From NCBI GenBank assembly GCA_963770895.1, contig CAVYRF010000002.1, positions 2,496,001-2,560,000 on the forward strand: a DNA stretch of 64,000 bases. The letters are read 5' to 3'. Shown in pieces: positions 30,001 through 39,855 of the stretch (within the stretch, counting starts at the first letter, position 1; each line of letters begins with the position of its first letter). Made by a program: the position numbers and the translations under genes. This DNA comes from an uncultured Acidobacteriota bacterium. Its GTDB lineage: Bacteria > Acidobacteriota > Thermoanaerobaculia > Multivoradales > UBA5704. The notes beneath the pieces are model-generated. The model did no database searches and was not told where the DNA came from. It saw only the letters and a list, made by a program, of their open reading frames with translations.

Positions 30001-30724
30001 CCTGGCGGAGTCGCTGCTGCTGTCGGATCTATTCGGCCACGTGCGCGGCGCGTTCACCGGCGCCGACCGCGACCGGGCAGGTGTGTTCGAAGCGGCGCAA
30101 GGCGGCACGGTGCTGCTCGACGAGATCGGCGATCTGCCGCTGGCGGCGCAGGGTTTGCTATTGCGCGTGCTGCAGGAGCGAGAGGTTCGCCGGCTCGGCG
30201 AAAGCGTCGCACGCCGAATCGACGTGCGGGTGCTGGCTGCGACGCATTGCGATCTGGATGGCGCGGTGGCGGCGGCAACCTTCCGGCGAGACCTTTTCTA
30301 TCGTCTTAAGGTGGGCGCGGTGCTGCTGCCGCCGCTGCGGGAGCGCGGCGACGACGTGTTGGAAATCGCCGATTTTCTATTGCGGCGTGCCGCGCGGCCG
30401 GCGCCGCCGGCCGCCGTTGCGGCCGCCGCCCGTCTGAAGCTGCGCCGTCATCCCTGGCCGGGAAACGTGCGCGAGCTTGAAAACGTGCTGCGCCTGGCGA
30501 CGGCGCTGGCCGGCGGCGGCGAGATCCAATCTCACCACCTGGAGCTGGCGCCGGCTCCGACCACGGCGGCGGGTTCGTATCATCGGCAGGTCGAGCAGCT
30601 GCGCCGCCGGTTGGTGGGAGAGGCGATCGCGGCGGCCGGCGGCCGTCACGCCGAAGCGGCGCGGCGGCTTGGGCTTTCGCGTCAGGCGCTTTCGTATCTG
30701 GTGCGCGAGCTCGGTTTGCGTTGA
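27017..30724 (+). CDS. Large sigma-54-dependent enhancer-binding protein with N-terminal TPR region
   Basis: C-terminal [42 protein letters not shown] and a Fis-type HTH. Central TPR-like helices ([33 protein letters not shown]). Confidence 0.88.
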   Translation: MPQVWIVHPALAAAPGSHGVPAERRAVGIAGGDRLTDRQRLAVVLQGAGLLSLLERAGWGLVDGWAGATVAAGGVLSVPRDAVGVRRPDRMVQTLLRDLLLCLFGGGGVAGIAVADAAMEATGGMLAGRGGARRAARGLYGAWRQVIVPVSADVAVVAILEAAPFLWEPAHAAARRGLAGELGDAAGATALWVAGPSAGRARLLAGCNRLSEVSDRLAGGDARGWWGGPAPAIGGGSDLTIGQVTALPRQAPAPRRAQPVGEAERLQVAAALFGRGRFLAALAVLDGARSGGARLLRVRCQVQLGRLGAAMLGLRRLETAVLSKAETIEAAETAVRVLANRGEPAPVDRWVARVLAIGDRGSRAEQARGHLVAALAAWDRQQIAAMDEHLAAARACGEGLPVGLRDVGWRWHHACGLRAMAAADGKAVVLHLERALGDSRRGLALHEAAGLWNDLGIGRVQIGDLARAERAFLHAQRLFARCDGPRRTTLALLNLAEVRLRRGRTLGVAEILAQSSAENRRAGNVRGDTQDAELWMRLALVQGRCDQAVQLGRAALERLGRRRLSWRRDVLAILMARALGWLERAAEAATELTGTSTPAVAELEPEERPALWAHAGDRAAAISAAAVLPPGIAALWRAALAGQPAPPDAWAALDGIECFRAARLLFDLERAAAAAGGPCLASSERCAAAAATLREVGAGILADWLASRAAEPWEALGRYAAAPAGDSKALAELLRRAGGATARLTWIPSAPDDGCEAAPAGDGRGALLAGGGGAASQVGEGGVVPLVGDGRGATLVGDGYGALLVGDGFGAPLARDGGAAPQVDRARGALPAGDGRATPRAIDQVCQPGFDQPAGLVKQVAGGRWELRGCAPGAAVSACFALAIRDLDAGPVAAGARAVGAAGGPDTPDGVAPPGRRRADDVGGGAHAVAIAAGLIGSHPVWRTAMERLGRVATAVDLPVLIQGESGTGKELAARAIHRASSRASGPFLAVNCAALAESLLLSDLFGHVRGAFTGADRDRAGVFEAAQGGTVLLDEIGDLPLAAQGLLLRVLQEREVRRLGESVARRIDVRVLAATHCDLDGAVAAATFRRDLFYRLKVGAVLLPPLRERGDDVLEIADFLLRRAARPAPPAAVAAAARLKLRRHPWPGNVRELENVLRLATALAGGGEIQSHHLELAPAPTTAAGSYHRQVEQLRRRLVGEAIAAAGGRHAEAARRLGLSRQALSYLVRELGLR
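29297..29539 (+). repeat. Degenerate 27-bp (9-aa) in-frame tandem repeat, ~9 units
   Basis: [81 protein letters not shown]. Confidence 0.85.
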
Positions 30725-30758
30725 TCGTCGGCGCCGGCAAGGCGCGGGCCGGCGCCGG

Positions 30759-31268
30759 TCAGGTGCGCGACGTCGTGGCGACGCGGACGTCGAGATAGGC
30801 ACGCAGGTGCTCTACCACCTGCTCCAGCCCGGCGCGATCCTCGTCGTCAAAGGCTGCAAGCGCGTGCGAATCGACGTCGAGCACCGCGATCAGCTCGCCG
30901 TCGCGATCGAAAACGGGCACCACGATTTCGGAACGCGCCGCCTGGTCGCAAGCCATGTGTCCGGGAAACTGGTGCACGTCGGGTACGACCTGGGTCGACC
31001 GCGCGGTGGCGGCGGCGCCGCATACGCCGCGGTGGAAAGGGATCTCCAGGCAACCGATCGGTCCCTGGTAGGGTCCGATGCGCAGCAGCTGCGGCGCCAC
31101 GCGGCGATAGAAACCGGTCCAGCTGCTATAGGGCAGACGCTGGTGCAGCAGGCAGGCGCAGGTAGCCATCGCCGCGACGTCATCGGCGATCCCTTCCAGC
31201 ACTGCGTCCAGATCGCGTACGGCCTCCGCATAGAGGGCGCGCTTGTCGAGTTTCTCTGGTGTCTCCAT
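30759..31268 (-). CDS. GAF-domain protein, free methionine-R-sulfoxide reductase (MsrC/YebR) like
   Basis: WTGFY, GPYQG..GC..I...RGVCG, VPDVHQFPGHMACD, SEIVVP, LDVDS. Confidence 0.9.
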   Translation of the reverse strand: METPEKLDKRALYAEAVRDLDAVLEGIADDVAAMATCACLLHQRLPYSSWTGFYRRVAPQLLRIGPYQGPIGCLEIPFHRGVCGAAATARSTQVVPDVHQFPGHMACDQAARSEIVVPVFDRDGELIAVLDVDSHALAAFDDEDRAGLEQVVEHLRAYLDVRVATTSRT

Positions 31269-31425
31269 GGCCTGATTGTACGCCACAAATCCGCCTCTGC
31301 CGCGGGCTGCCGCGCTGCCCGGCGCCGCCTCGCGCGGTGGCTTCGATCAGTGGCGGCGCGTGGTTGCGATCGCCGGGGCATGAATCAATCGCCCGGTGCC
31401 GTCGAGGTTATCTTGCTCCCTGCTA

Positions 31426-31454
31426 TTGACTTGTAACGGCAGGTTTTTGATAAT
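31426..31454 (+). promoter_or_regulatory. Near-consensus sigma-70 promoter
   Basis: TTGACT-N17-GATAAT about 100 nt upstream of ATG 31557; AGGAGG RBS at 31538-31543. Confidence 0.75.
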
Positions 31455-31556
31455 GCTCCGGGGTTATTAAGGCTCAGATACCGATTCCCCGACCATTTCC
31501 CGACGCTTTCTCGAACCCTCGCACCCGCAGTCGACATAGGAGGCACCAAGAAAAAC

Positions 31557-32390
31557 ATGGCTGAATCTCAGGGGACGGAGCGACGCGACGCTGCGGCGGC
31601 CGAATCAAAGCTGCTCACGCTGTCGGAAGTCTCGCACAAGACCAACATCTCGATGCCGACGCTGCAGCGCTACAAGAAGACGTATCAGGATCGCATCCCG
31701 TCGGTGGGGAGCGGCCGCAAGCAGCGGTATCCCGAGCACTCTCTTGCGGTGTTCGAAGAGCTGCGCAGCGAAAACGCAAGCAAGCGCGGCCGGCCGCGTA
31801 AGAACGCCGCCGCCGACTCGGGCGCCGCGCCCAAGCGGGGTGCCGCAAAGGGGCGCCGCGCCGCCGCCGGTCGTCGTGGCGCCGCCAGTGCTAGCAAGGC
31901 TGCCGCCGCCGCCCGCCGCGCGCCCGCCGCTGCCGCCACCCGCCGCGGTGCCGCCAAGGGCCGTCGCGCTGTCGGCCGTCCCGCCGCCGCCGCCCGTGGC
32001 GCCCGCGCCGGCGCGCGGACCTCTGCCGGTCGCGGCAAGGGCGGCCTGCTCACCCTGACGCAGATCAGCAAGACCACCGGCATCTCCTATCCGACGCTGG
32101 TGCGCTACGTGCGCCTTTACGCCGATCGCCTGCCGCACGAAGGGGAGGGCCGCTCGCGGCGTTTCTATCCCGAAGCGGTGGCCGTCTTCCGCAGCCTGCG
32201 CGAAGCCAGCGGGCGCGGCGGGCGTCGCGCCGGATCGGTCGCGGCGCGCCGCGGCCGGCCGCCCAAGGCGGCAGCCTCGGGCCGGTTGGAAGGGATTCTT
32301 CAGGCGCGTATTCGCGACCTTGAGAAGTTTCAACAGGCGATCGAAAAGCGCTTCGGCGACCTGGTCAAGGGCCTGCAAAGACTGCGCTAG
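31557..32390 (+). CDS. Basic DNA-binding protein: two MerR-like HTH domains, AT-hook-like motifs, Ala/Arg/Lys linker, C-terminal coiled coil
   Basis: Internal duplication LLTLSEVSHKTNISMPTLQRY..Y.DRIP / LLTLTQISKTTGISYPTLVRY..Y.DRLP; motifs KRGRPRK and RRGRPPK. Confidence 0.85.
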   Translation: MAESQGTERRDAAAAESKLLTLSEVSHKTNISMPTLQRYKKTYQDRIPSVGSGRKQRYPEHSLAVFEELRSENASKRGRPRKNAAADSGAAPKRGAAKGRRAAAGRRGAASASKAAAAARRAPAAAATRRGAAKGRRAVGRPAAAARGARAGARTSAGRGKGGLLTLTQISKTTGISYPTLVRYVRLYADRLPHEGEGRSRRFYPEAVAVFRSLREASGRGGRRAGSVAARRGRPPKAAASGRLEGILQARIRDLEKFQQAIEKRFGDLVKGLQRLR

Positions 32391-32486
32391 CGGTTACGAC
32401 GTCCCCGCGCCCCAGCCGCCTGTGCGCCGGTTGGCGCCATGAAACAGGTTGCGGTGCGCGGGGCCTGCTGCCGTTCGTCGTACCTC

Positions 32487-33485
32487 TCAGACCACCAGGT
32501 GGTCCCAGCCACCGGGCCGCAGCTCCCGGGTCACGCCTGCCGTTGCGATCAGCAGCCGGCGCCGGGTTTCGATCGTGCCGATGCAGCGGCAGCCGAAGCG
32601 GGCCGGTGGCCTGGTTGCGGCGGGCAGGGTGAACAGCAAGACGTAATCCTCACCGCCGGTGAGCGCCAGATCCTGCGCGCTCGCCCCCAGGGCGTCACAC
32701 AGGCGGACAAAGCCCTCTGCCTGGGGCAATTGCTCGGATTCGACGCGGGCGCCGACGCCGCTAGCCGCGCACAGCCTGGATAGATCCAGCGCCAGGCCGT
32801 CTGAAACATCCATGGCGGCCCCTGCCTGCTGAGCTCCCAGCCAGCGGCCGAGCGCCAGCTGCGGCTGTGGCTGCAGGTGGCGTGTCACCGCGGCGCGCGC
32901 CGCGGCGGCCAGGCCGCGGCGGCCGGGCGCTTCCAACCAACCAGGGGGCAGGCGCACGCCGCTGCCGCGCGGGCGCGCACCGGCGGCGACCAGCAACCGG
33001 CCGGCGGCGGACTGGCCCACCGCGCCGCCCAGCCACAGCCGCTCACCGGGCCGGGCGCCGGAGCGGCGCAGCCAGCGCGCGCCGCGCGGCTTGCGGCCGA
33101 GCAATGTCAAGGTTGCGACCAGCGCAGAAGGTTCGGCGCCGCGCGACAGGTCGCCCCCCGCGAGCCGCACGTGGTATCGCTCGCAAGCCGCAAGCAGAGC
33201 GCGGAAGAACCGGCGGTGCGCAAAGTCCGGCGGCGCGGTGAGCGCAAGAAAGGCATATGCCGGCGAGGCGCCCATCGCCGCCAGGTCCGACACATTGACC
33301 GCCAGCAGCCGCTCGGCAATCGAGCCGGCGTTCAGATCCGCAACAAAATGGACCCCGGCGATCTGGCTGTCGACCGTCACCGCGAAGCCGCCGCCGCCCG
33401 GCAGCACGGCTGCATCGTCGCCGATCAACGGCCGCGCCATCCGGCCGGCAAGCCAGCGCAGCAGCCGATCTTCGCCTCCCGGCAT
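32487..33485 (-). CDS. thiL: Thiamine-monophosphate kinase
   Basis: IGDDAAV, NVSDLAAMGA.P, LAGGD, MDVSDGL, GGEDYVLLFT, GWDH. Confidence 0.93.
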   Translation of the reverse strand: MPGGEDRLLRWLAGRMARPLIGDDAAVLPGGGGFAVTVDSQIAGVHFVADLNAGSIAERLLAVNVSDLAAMGASPAYAFLALTAPPDFAHRRFFRALLAACERYHVRLAGGDLSRGAEPSALVATLTLLGRKPRGARWLRRSGARPGERLWLGGAVGQSAAGRLLVAAGARPRGSGVRLPPGWLEAPGRRGLAAAARAAVTRHLQPQPQLALGRWLGAQQAGAAMDVSDGLALDLSRLCAASGVGARVESEQLPQAEGFVRLCDALGASAQDLALTGGEDYVLLFTLPAATRPPARFGCRCIGTIETRRRLLIATAGVTRELRPGGWDHLVV

Positions 33486-33502
33486 CCGGGCGGCCTCTTT
33501 AA

Positions 33503-35917
33503 CTAGACGCTCGCCGGGACGGCGACGGAGCGGTCGGGTTTTTTGCGCGCCGGCTTGGGATCGTGGGGCGACCGCAAGGCCAGGCGGAGGACTTCGTCCA
33601 TGTATTCGACGAAGTGAAAGACCAGGCCTTTTTTGATCGGCTCCGGTATTTCTGCGAGGTCGCGCTGGTTGAGCTTGGGGACGATCACGGTGTGGATGCC
33701 GGCGAGCTTCGCGGCGAGGACCTTTTCTTTCAGCCCGCCGATCGGCAGGATGTCGCCGCGCAGGGTGATCTCGCCGGTCATCGCCACGCGCCGGTTGACC
33801 GGCTTGCCGGTCAGGACCGACAGGATCGCGGTGCCGATGGTGATTCCCGCGGAGGGGCCGTCCTTGGGAATGGAACCGGCCGGCACGTGGATGTGGATGT
33901 CGTGTTTGGCAAAGAAATCGGGCGGCGTGTCGTGCTCGCCCGCCCAGGAGCGGGCGTGGCTGAGGGCCGCCTGGGCGGACTCCTTCATCACGTCGCCCAG
34001 CTGTCCGGTGAGCAGGAGCAGGCCCTTGCCCGGCACCGCCACCACTTCGATGAACAAGAGGTCGCCGCCCACCGCGGTCCACGCCAAGCCGGTGGCGACC
34101 CCGACGCGATCGCGTTCCAGCAGCTCTTCGGCAAAGTGCTTGCGCACGCCGAGAAGCTTTTCGACCTGGTCGCCCCCGACCGTCACCTGGACGCTTTCGC
34201 CGCGCGCCACGCGCACCGCCACCTTGCGGCAGATCGCGGCCAGCTCGCGTTCGAGGTTGCGCAGCCCCGCTTCCTTGGTGTACCCGGCGATCACCTGGCG
34301 GATTCCCTCGGGGGTGAAGGTGACGTGATCGGCGGTCACGCCGTTTTCGCGCATCTGTTTCGGCACCAGGTGGCGCTCGGCGATTTGCAGTTTTTCTTCT
34401 TCCGTATAGCCGGTCAACCGGATCACTTCCATGCGGTCGAGAAAGGCGGGCTGGATCGGCTCCAACATGTTGGCGGTGGCGATGAAGAGCACCCGCGACA
34501 GGTCGTAGGCCAGGCCCAGGTAGTGATCGACGAAGCTCCAGTTCTGCTCGGGATCGAGCACCTCCAGCAGCGCCGACGAAGGGTCGCCGCGGAAGTCGGC
34601 GCCGATCTTGTCGATCTCGTCGAGCACGAACACCGGATTGCTGGTGCCGGCCTGGCGGATGCCCTGCAGGATGCGTCCCGGCAGCGCTCCGACATAGGTG
34701 CGCCGGTGGCCGCGGATCTCGGCTTCGTCGCGCACGCCGCCCAGCGAGAGGCGCACGAAGCGCCTGCCGAGCGAGCGCGCGATCGAGCGTCCCAGCGAGG
34801 TCTTGCCGACTCCGGGCGGCCCGACGAAACAGAGGATCGGGCCGCGCGTGTCGGACTTCAGCTTGCGCACCGCAAGGTATTCCAGGATGCGCTCTTTGAC
34901 CTTTTCCAGGTCGTAGTGATCTTCGTCCAGGACCTGCTGCGCATGCTCCAGGTCCAGGTCGTCTTCGGAGAGCGTTTCCCACGGCAGGGCGGTCAACCAA
35001 TCGAGATAGGTGCGGATGATCTGGGTTTCGGCGCTTTCGGGGTGGCTGCGCTCCAGCCGCCGGATCTGGCGCTCCATCTCTTCGCGCCCTTCCTTGCTCA
35101 GCTTCCGCTCATCGGCGAGCTGGCGGTAGCCGGCGATCTCTTCGCCCAGCTCTTCGCCTTCGCCCAGCTCCTGCTGGATGGCCTTGAGCTGCTGACGCAG
35201 GAAGTACTCCCGCTGGCTGCGATCGATTTCGCCGCGCGCCTGGGAGGAGATCTCCTGCTGCATGGTGAGCACCTGGATTTCATGCGCCAGCAGATCGCTC
35301 ACCTTGCGCAGGCGGGCGATCGGATCGATCGTTTCCAGGATGTCCTGCGCCTCGGCCAGCTTGAGATCCAGGTTGCTGGCCGCGAGGTCGGCCAGGCGCC
35401 CCGGCTCTTCGAGATTGGCGGAGATCACCATCACTTCGGGGGAGATGCCCTTGCCCAGGGTGACGGCGCGGTCGAGGCTTTCCTTGACGCTGCGGATGAG
35501 CGCTTCGATTTCGAGCCGCGGCGCTTCCACCGGCAGGTCTTCGATGCGTTCGATCTTGGCCTGTAGATAGGGGTCGACCTGGCTGATGTGCTTCACCCGC
35601 GCGCGCGCCAGCCCCTGCACCAGGATGCGGATGCGGCCGTCCGGCAGCTTGAGCATGCGCATGATGACGGCGGCGGTGCCGACCGGGTACAGGTCGTTTT
35701 CGCGCGGGTTTTCCAGCGCGCCGTCACGTTGCGCCACCAGCATGATGACGCGGCTTTCGGCCAGCGCGCGGTCCACCGCCAGAACGCTCTTGTCGCGCCC
35801 CACCGACAGCGGCAGGATGATGTAGGGAAACACCACCGCATCCTTGAGCGGCAGCACCGGCAGGACGTCGGGGATCTTGATCGCCTCGTCCTGCGCTTCG
35901 GTGGGCGGTCGGCTCAT
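33503..35917 (-). CDS. lon: ATP-dependent Lon protease
   Basis: N-domain [37 protein letters not shown]. Confidence 0.98.
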   Translation of the reverse strand: MSRPPTEAQDEAIKIPDVLPVLPLKDAVVFPYIILPLSVGRDKSVLAVDRALAESRVIMLVAQRDGALENPRENDLYPVGTAAVIMRMLKLPDGRIRILVQGLARARVKHISQVDPYLQAKIERIEDLPVEAPRLEIEALIRSVKESLDRAVTLGKGISPEVMVISANLEEPGRLADLAASNLDLKLAEAQDILETIDPIARLRKVSDLLAHEIQVLTMQQEISSQARGEIDRSQREYFLRQQLKAIQQELGEGEELGEEIAGYRQLADERKLSKEGREEMERQIRRLERSHPESAETQIIRTYLDWLTALPWETLSEDDLDLEHAQQVLDEDHYDLEKVKERILEYLAVRKLKSDTRGPILCFVGPPGVGKTSLGRSIARSLGRRFVRLSLGGVRDEAEIRGHRRTYVGALPGRILQGIRQAGTSNPVFVLDEIDKIGADFRGDPSSALLEVLDPEQNWSFVDHYLGLAYDLSRVLFIATANMLEPIQPAFLDRMEVIRLTGYTEEEKLQIAERHLVPKQMRENGVTADHVTFTPEGIRQVIAGYTKEAGLRNLERELAAICRKVAVRVARGESVQVTVGGDQVEKLLGVRKHFAEELLERDRVGVATGLAWTAVGGDLLFIEVVAVPGKGLLLLTGQLGDVMKESAQAALSHARSWAGEHDTPPDFFAKHDIHIHVPAGSIPKDGPSAGITIGTAILSVLTGKPVNRRVAMTGEITLRGDILPIGGLKEKVLAAKLAGIHTVIVPKLNQRDLAEIPEPIKKGLVFHFVEYMDEVLRLALRSPHDPKPARKKPDRSVAVPASV

Positions 35918-36378
35918 TGCGGTCCCCCTGCGGCCGGCTCCGTGATCGGCAGGCGACGAGCTTCCTGGCGCTTGTTTTCGATTTTCGGGAACTCGATTTT
36001 GAGCAGGCCGTCCGCGAGCTGTGCCGTGCCGAGATGGCTGTTCACCGGCCAGAACAGCTGAATCTCACGGCCGAAGCGCCCCTGGCTGCGTTCCATGCAA
36101 TGGAAGTGGGCGTTGGCGCCGGCCGTGGCCGGGGCCTGCTTGACACCGGACAGCACCAGGCGCGAGCCCTGCACTTCGACCACCAGGTCGCTGGCGGCGA
36201 ATCCCGGCAGCTCGACCAGGATCAGGACGGAGGAGCCGGTATCGACAATGTCCAGCGGCGGCTGCCACTCCCCGGCGGCGATTTCGCCGTCGGGAAGCCC
36301 CATGACCTCCTGCAGCAGGCGATCGAGCTCGGCCTGGAAGCGCGACAGGAAATTGACGGAGGCGTACCGGCCGGTCAT
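35914..36378 (-). CDS. Hsp20/alpha-crystallin small heat-shock protein
   Basis: WQPPLDI, ELPG, MERSQGRFGR, DGLLKI..PK. ATGA overlaps with nrdR and lon. Confidence 0.9.
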   Translation of the reverse strand: MTGRYASVNFLSRFQAELDRLLQEVMGLPDGEIAAGEWQPPLDIVDTGSSVLILVELPGFAASDLVVEVQGSRLVLSGVKQAPATAGANAHFHCMERSQGRFGREIQLFWPVNSHLGTAQLADGLLKIEFPKIENKRQEARRLPITEPAAGGPQ

Positions 36379-36932
36379 GCGGATTCGGCTGGCGGCGAGA
36401 CGGTGGATTTGTCGGCGGCGGCGTTGCTGGAGCCCGCATCTCCGGCGGCGCCGGCGGCGGGCGCCGCCGCCGGGATGGCGGTGGGTTGAATCAGGCTCTT
36501 GAGCACGTCCATGAAAGCATCCAGGTCTTCGAAACGCCGGTACACCGAGGCGAAGCGCACGTAGGCGACCTGGTCCTGCTCCCGGAGCCGCTCCATGACG
36601 AAGGCGCCGATCTGGTGCGTCGAAATCTCGCGGTCTTCGCGGTCGTGCAGCATGGCTTCGGCTTCGCCGACGATCGCCTCCAGGCTGCGCATCGCCACGG
36701 GGCGCTTTTCGCAGGCCTTGAGCAATCCCGACAGGAGCTTTTTGCGGCTGAACTCCTCGCGCGAGCCGTCGTGCTTGACGACCATATAGGGGATGTCTTC
36801 GATCTGCTCGTAGGAGGTGAAGCGCCGCCCGCAGCTCAGGCATTCGCGCCGGCGGCGGATGGTGGCGCCGTCGCGGCTTTCGCGCGAGTCCACCACGCGG
36901 TCGCGGTTGTCGGAGCAGAAAGGGCACCTCAT
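36375..36932 (-). CDS. nrdR: Transcriptional repressor NrdR
   Basis: MRCPFC, VVDSR, RRRRECLSCGRRFTSYE, ATP-cone, VAYVRFASVY. Confidence 0.97.
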   Translation of the reverse strand: MRCPFCSDNRDRVVDSRESRDGATIRRRRECLSCGRRFTSYEQIEDIPYMVVKHDGSREEFSRKKLLSGLLKACEKRPVAMRSLEAIVGEAEAMLHDREDREISTHQIGAFVMERLREQDQVAYVRFASVYRRFEDLDAFMDVLKSLIQPTAIPAAAPAAGAAGDAGSSNAAADKSTVSPPAESA

Positions 36933-36995
36933 GACGATTTGAGCGCTGGTCGCGGCAATGGTTTGTACCGAACGTTGTGGACCGGCCGGGGCCGG

Positions 36996-38501
36996 TCACT
37001 CCTTGGCGTGCAGGGCGATGTTGAGGCGGAGCAGCAGCTTTTCGATGCTGGCGTCGCCGGTGCCCTTGATCTCGACCTGCAGATCGCGCACGGCGTCCAC
37101 GACGTGATGCTGGTCGTCTTCCACCTGGAAGCTGACCAGAAAGCGGCGAGCGCGCGCAAAGTCGGCGCGTTTCAGGCTCATCTCGATGTTGCGCGACAGC
37201 TCGGTGCGGCCGTTGCCGGCCGCCGCCTTGTGCGCCGCCGAGCCGGACAGGGAAGCCAGCGACGCGAGCCCTGCCGACGATGGGGAGGCGGTGGCGGCGG
37301 TGGCGGCGGCGGTTGCAGCGTTGGCGGCGGCAAGAGACGCGGCGGCGCGCGCCGCCACGGCCGCCGGCGAATTGACGCCGCCGGCGGGCTGCATGGCTTC
37401 GCGCCGCAACTTTTCGAGCTCGCTCAGGACGTCTACCGACCTGCTCTTGCCGGTGGCCGTCTTGCCGGGTGGCCGCGCCGCGACAGGCGGCCTGACCGCG
37501 GTGGCGGCTGATGCAGCCTGCGCGGTGACCAGGGCCGGTGTCGACACCGGTGCTGGCGACGGCGTAACCGCGAAGTGCGGCCCGCTTTGCGGCGCGAGGT
37601 TGGCGATCGCCGGCGTCGCCGGCGTTGTCGGCGCCGGCGCCAGGGGCGGCAAGGGCGCCAGGGCCTCCGCCGGCACCACGAGCGCTCCGGAGCCGCCGGC
37701 GGCCAGGGACGCGGCGGCTGCCGCGGTCGGCGGGTAGGGTGTGGCGGTAGCCGTCAGCTGCGGCGCTGCCGCGGCGGTGCCGGCGCTGGCAGCCAGGTGG
37801 CTGGGCGGGGCCGGGGCACCGCCGGCTGCCGCGGCGCCGGTGGGACGGACGGAGCTGGCGCCCGGCGACGCCGCGGGCGACAGGCGATTGCCGGAGCCTT
37901 CGTTGCCGCTGCGCCCAAGGCGCTTTTTGAGCGCCAGCAGAGTGAACTTTGAGATGCCCTTGAGGGTTTCGAAGACGCCGTGGCCGGATACCGCGGACGC
38001 TTCGTACCAGGGCCAGCCCTGGCGGTTGATCGCCTGGTTGAGCTCGTCGACCGAGTAGATCTCGGCGAGGTCGCGCTTGTTGTATTGCAGCACCAGGGGG
38101 AGGCTGTCGATGGACAGGCCCATCTCGCCCAGGTTCTCCTCCAGATTGCGGAAGGAGTCCAGGTTGGCCTGCAGCATGGCGCGCTGCGAATCGACGACGA
38201 AGACGACGCCGTCGACGCCCTTCAGCACAAGCTTGCGCGTCGTATTGTAAAAAACCTGGCCGGGGACGGTGTAAAGCTGGATGCGAGTATTGAAACCGGC
38301 AATCGAGCCCACGTCGAGCGGCAAGAGATCGAAGAAGAGGGTGCGGTCCGTCTCCGTTTCCAGCGACACCATCTCGCCGCGGGAATCGGTGGTCGTATGG
38401 CCATAGATGAAGTGCAGATTTGTCGTTTTTCCGCACAGACCGGGGCCGTAGTACACCACTTTGGCCGCCATCTGCATTGTGCTGTAGTTAAAAAAGACCA
38501 T
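36996..38501 (-). CDS. MglA-like small Ras-family GTPase with long Ala/Pro linker and C-terminal domain
   Basis: KVVYYGPGLCGKTTNL, TETDRTLFFDLLPL, LYTVPGQVFY, QYNKRDL, followed by about 300 extra residues. Confidence 0.9.
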   Translation of the reverse strand: MVFFNYSTMQMAAKVVYYGPGLCGKTTNLHFIYGHTTTDSRGEMVSLETETDRTLFFDLLPLDVGSIAGFNTRIQLYTVPGQVFYNTTRKLVLKGVDGVVFVVDSQRAMLQANLDSFRNLEENLGEMGLSIDSLPLVLQYNKRDLAEIYSVDELNQAINRQGWPWYEASAVSGHGVFETLKGISKFTLLALKKRLGRSGNEGSGNRLSPAASPGASSVRPTGAAAAGGAPAPPSHLAASAGTAAAAPQLTATATPYPPTAAAAASLAAGGSGALVVPAEALAPLPPLAPAPTTPATPAIANLAPQSGPHFAVTPSPAPVSTPALVTAQAASAATAVRPPVAARPPGKTATGKSRSVDVLSELEKLRREAMQPAGGVNSPAAVAARAAASLAAANAATAAATAATASPSSAGLASLASLSGSAAHKAAAGNGRTELSRNIEMSLKRADFARARRFLVSFQVEDDQHHVVDAVRDLQVEIKGTGDASIEKLLLRLNIALHAKE

Positions 38502-38555
38502 AGCCGGATCGAACCGAAAATGGGCTTCGCAGCATAGCATCCGCCCCCAGGGGAA

Positions 38556-39584
38556 TCAAATCTCACCCCGCCGGGTCTGCGGCGACGCCCCGTTGGCATC
38601 TCCCGCGACCCCGGCGGCTGCCGCCGCGGCCAGTTCCTCCAGGCGCGAGCGCAGCGCCGCATAGTCCGTGGACGGCAGTCCGGGCTCGCCGGCACCCATC
38701 TCTCCCATCCCTGTGGCGACGACGGCTCGCCCGCCCGCCAGCGCCCCCTTGCCGCCTCTATCTGCCGTGGTCTGGATGGCTGGTCTGGTCGCCGCGGCTT
38801 CCCTGGCGCGCAGTGTTTCGCGGGCGATTTCCAAGGCCAGGGGTATCCGTTCGGGCGACGCTTGGCGGAGGGCCTGCAGATGTCGCGCGAAGGTTGCCAG
38901 GTCGCCGCGGGCTATCGGACCGGTCAGCGCTGCCTCCGCGGCGCCGGCGGTGGCGATGGCGGCGACGGTGCCCCGCGCCAGCTCGACGTATCCCGCCGCC
39001 ACCGCCGGCGGCAGGCCGGCGCGGGCTGCCAGGTCCGCCGCCGCCGCCAGCAGGGTGGCGACGCCTCCGGCGGCGAACGTGGCCGCGAAGTGGTAGAGCG
39101 GCCGGGCGGCCGGCGCCACCTCGCCGGCGATGCCGCCCCAGGCGGTGACCAGCCGCCGGGCGAGCCGCAGGGCCGCCGGGTCGCCGTCCAGACCAAAGAA
39201 GACGCCGTGCGCCTGTGCCGGGTCCGGCAGCGGGAAGGGGAACGCCTTGAGCGGATGCAGCGCGCCGATCGCCGTGCCGTGGGCGGCGAGCGGTGCCAAG
39301 GTGCCGGCGTCGCGGCTTCCCGAGGTGTGCAGGGCAACCGCCGCCTGCGGCCGGCCGGCCAGGTCCGCCGCCACCTGATCCAGGGCGCCGTCGGGCACGG
39401 CGATCAGCAGCAGGTCCTGCCCCCGGCTGGAGGCGCCGGCGACCTGCGCCCGGCCCACGGACGCCACCAGTTGGGCGCCCGCGCCCACCGCCCATGCCGC
39501 CAGGCTCCGCCCGACACGTCCCGCCCCCACCAGGGAGAATCGCAATCCGCCCAGGGGCGCCGCGCCATCCATTCGCTCGGTCAC
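38556..39584 (-). CDS. Rossmann-like/DUF2520 oxidoreductase
   Basis: GAGRVG, IAVPD, HTSG, HPLKAF, LYH.AA, ALTGPIARGD. Confidence 0.85.
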   Translation of the reverse strand: MTERMDGAAPLGGLRFSLVGAGRVGRSLAAWAVGAGAQLVASVGRAQVAGASSRGQDLLLIAVPDGALDQVAADLAGRPQAAVALHTSGSRDAGTLAPLAAHGTAIGALHPLKAFPFPLPDPAQAHGVFFGLDGDPAALRLARRLVTAWGGIAGEVAPAARPLYHFAATFAAGGVATLLAAAADLAARAGLPPAVAAGYVELARGTVAAIATAGAAEAALTGPIARGDLATFARHLQALRQASPERIPLALEIARETLRAREAAATRPAIQTTADRGGKGALAGGRAVVATGMGEMGAGEPGLPSTDYAALRSRLEELAAAAAAGVAGDANGASPQTRRGEI

Positions 39585-39768
39585 GGCGCAACAGTAGTGG
39601 CCCGCTTCCGCTGAAGCAAGGGGGAGGGCCGCACCCTTGCCGCGATACCGGCCGGGGGCTGGCGGCGGTGGACGGGGGGCTGTTGCGCGGCGGTGCGGCA
39701 GTCTTTGCGCAGGGTCAGGCTGCTGGCGACAAAATGCGTTGGTTCAGTAGTTTGGGTCTGGTGTGCGC

Positions 39769-39797
39769 TTGACAGAACGAGCGGTTGCGGGTACCAT
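39769..39797 (+). promoter_or_regulatory. Sigma-70 promoter of the hrcA-dnaK operon
   Basis: TTGACA-N17-TACCAT directly upstream of the CIRCE element. Confidence 0.8.
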
Positions 39798-39800
39798 GCA

Positions 39801-39827
39801 TTAGCACTCTCGCGTGGAGAGTGCCAA
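39801..39827 (+). promoter_or_regulatory. CIRCE element (HrcA operator)
   Basis: TTAGCACTC-N9-GAGTGCCAA, one mismatch to the consensus TTAGCACTC-N9-GAGTGCTAA, upstream of hrcA. Confidence 0.96.
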
Positions 39828-39855
39828 CGCGAGAAGAGGCGCGGAGGCCGGGCCG

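Noticed and set aside
32487-38436. Apparent 837-aa and 840-aa ORFs (32487-35000, 35914-38436) suggesting fusions
   Set aside because: Only the C-terminal parts encode ThiL and Hsp20; the extensions are off-frame overlaps of lon, nrdR and mglA.
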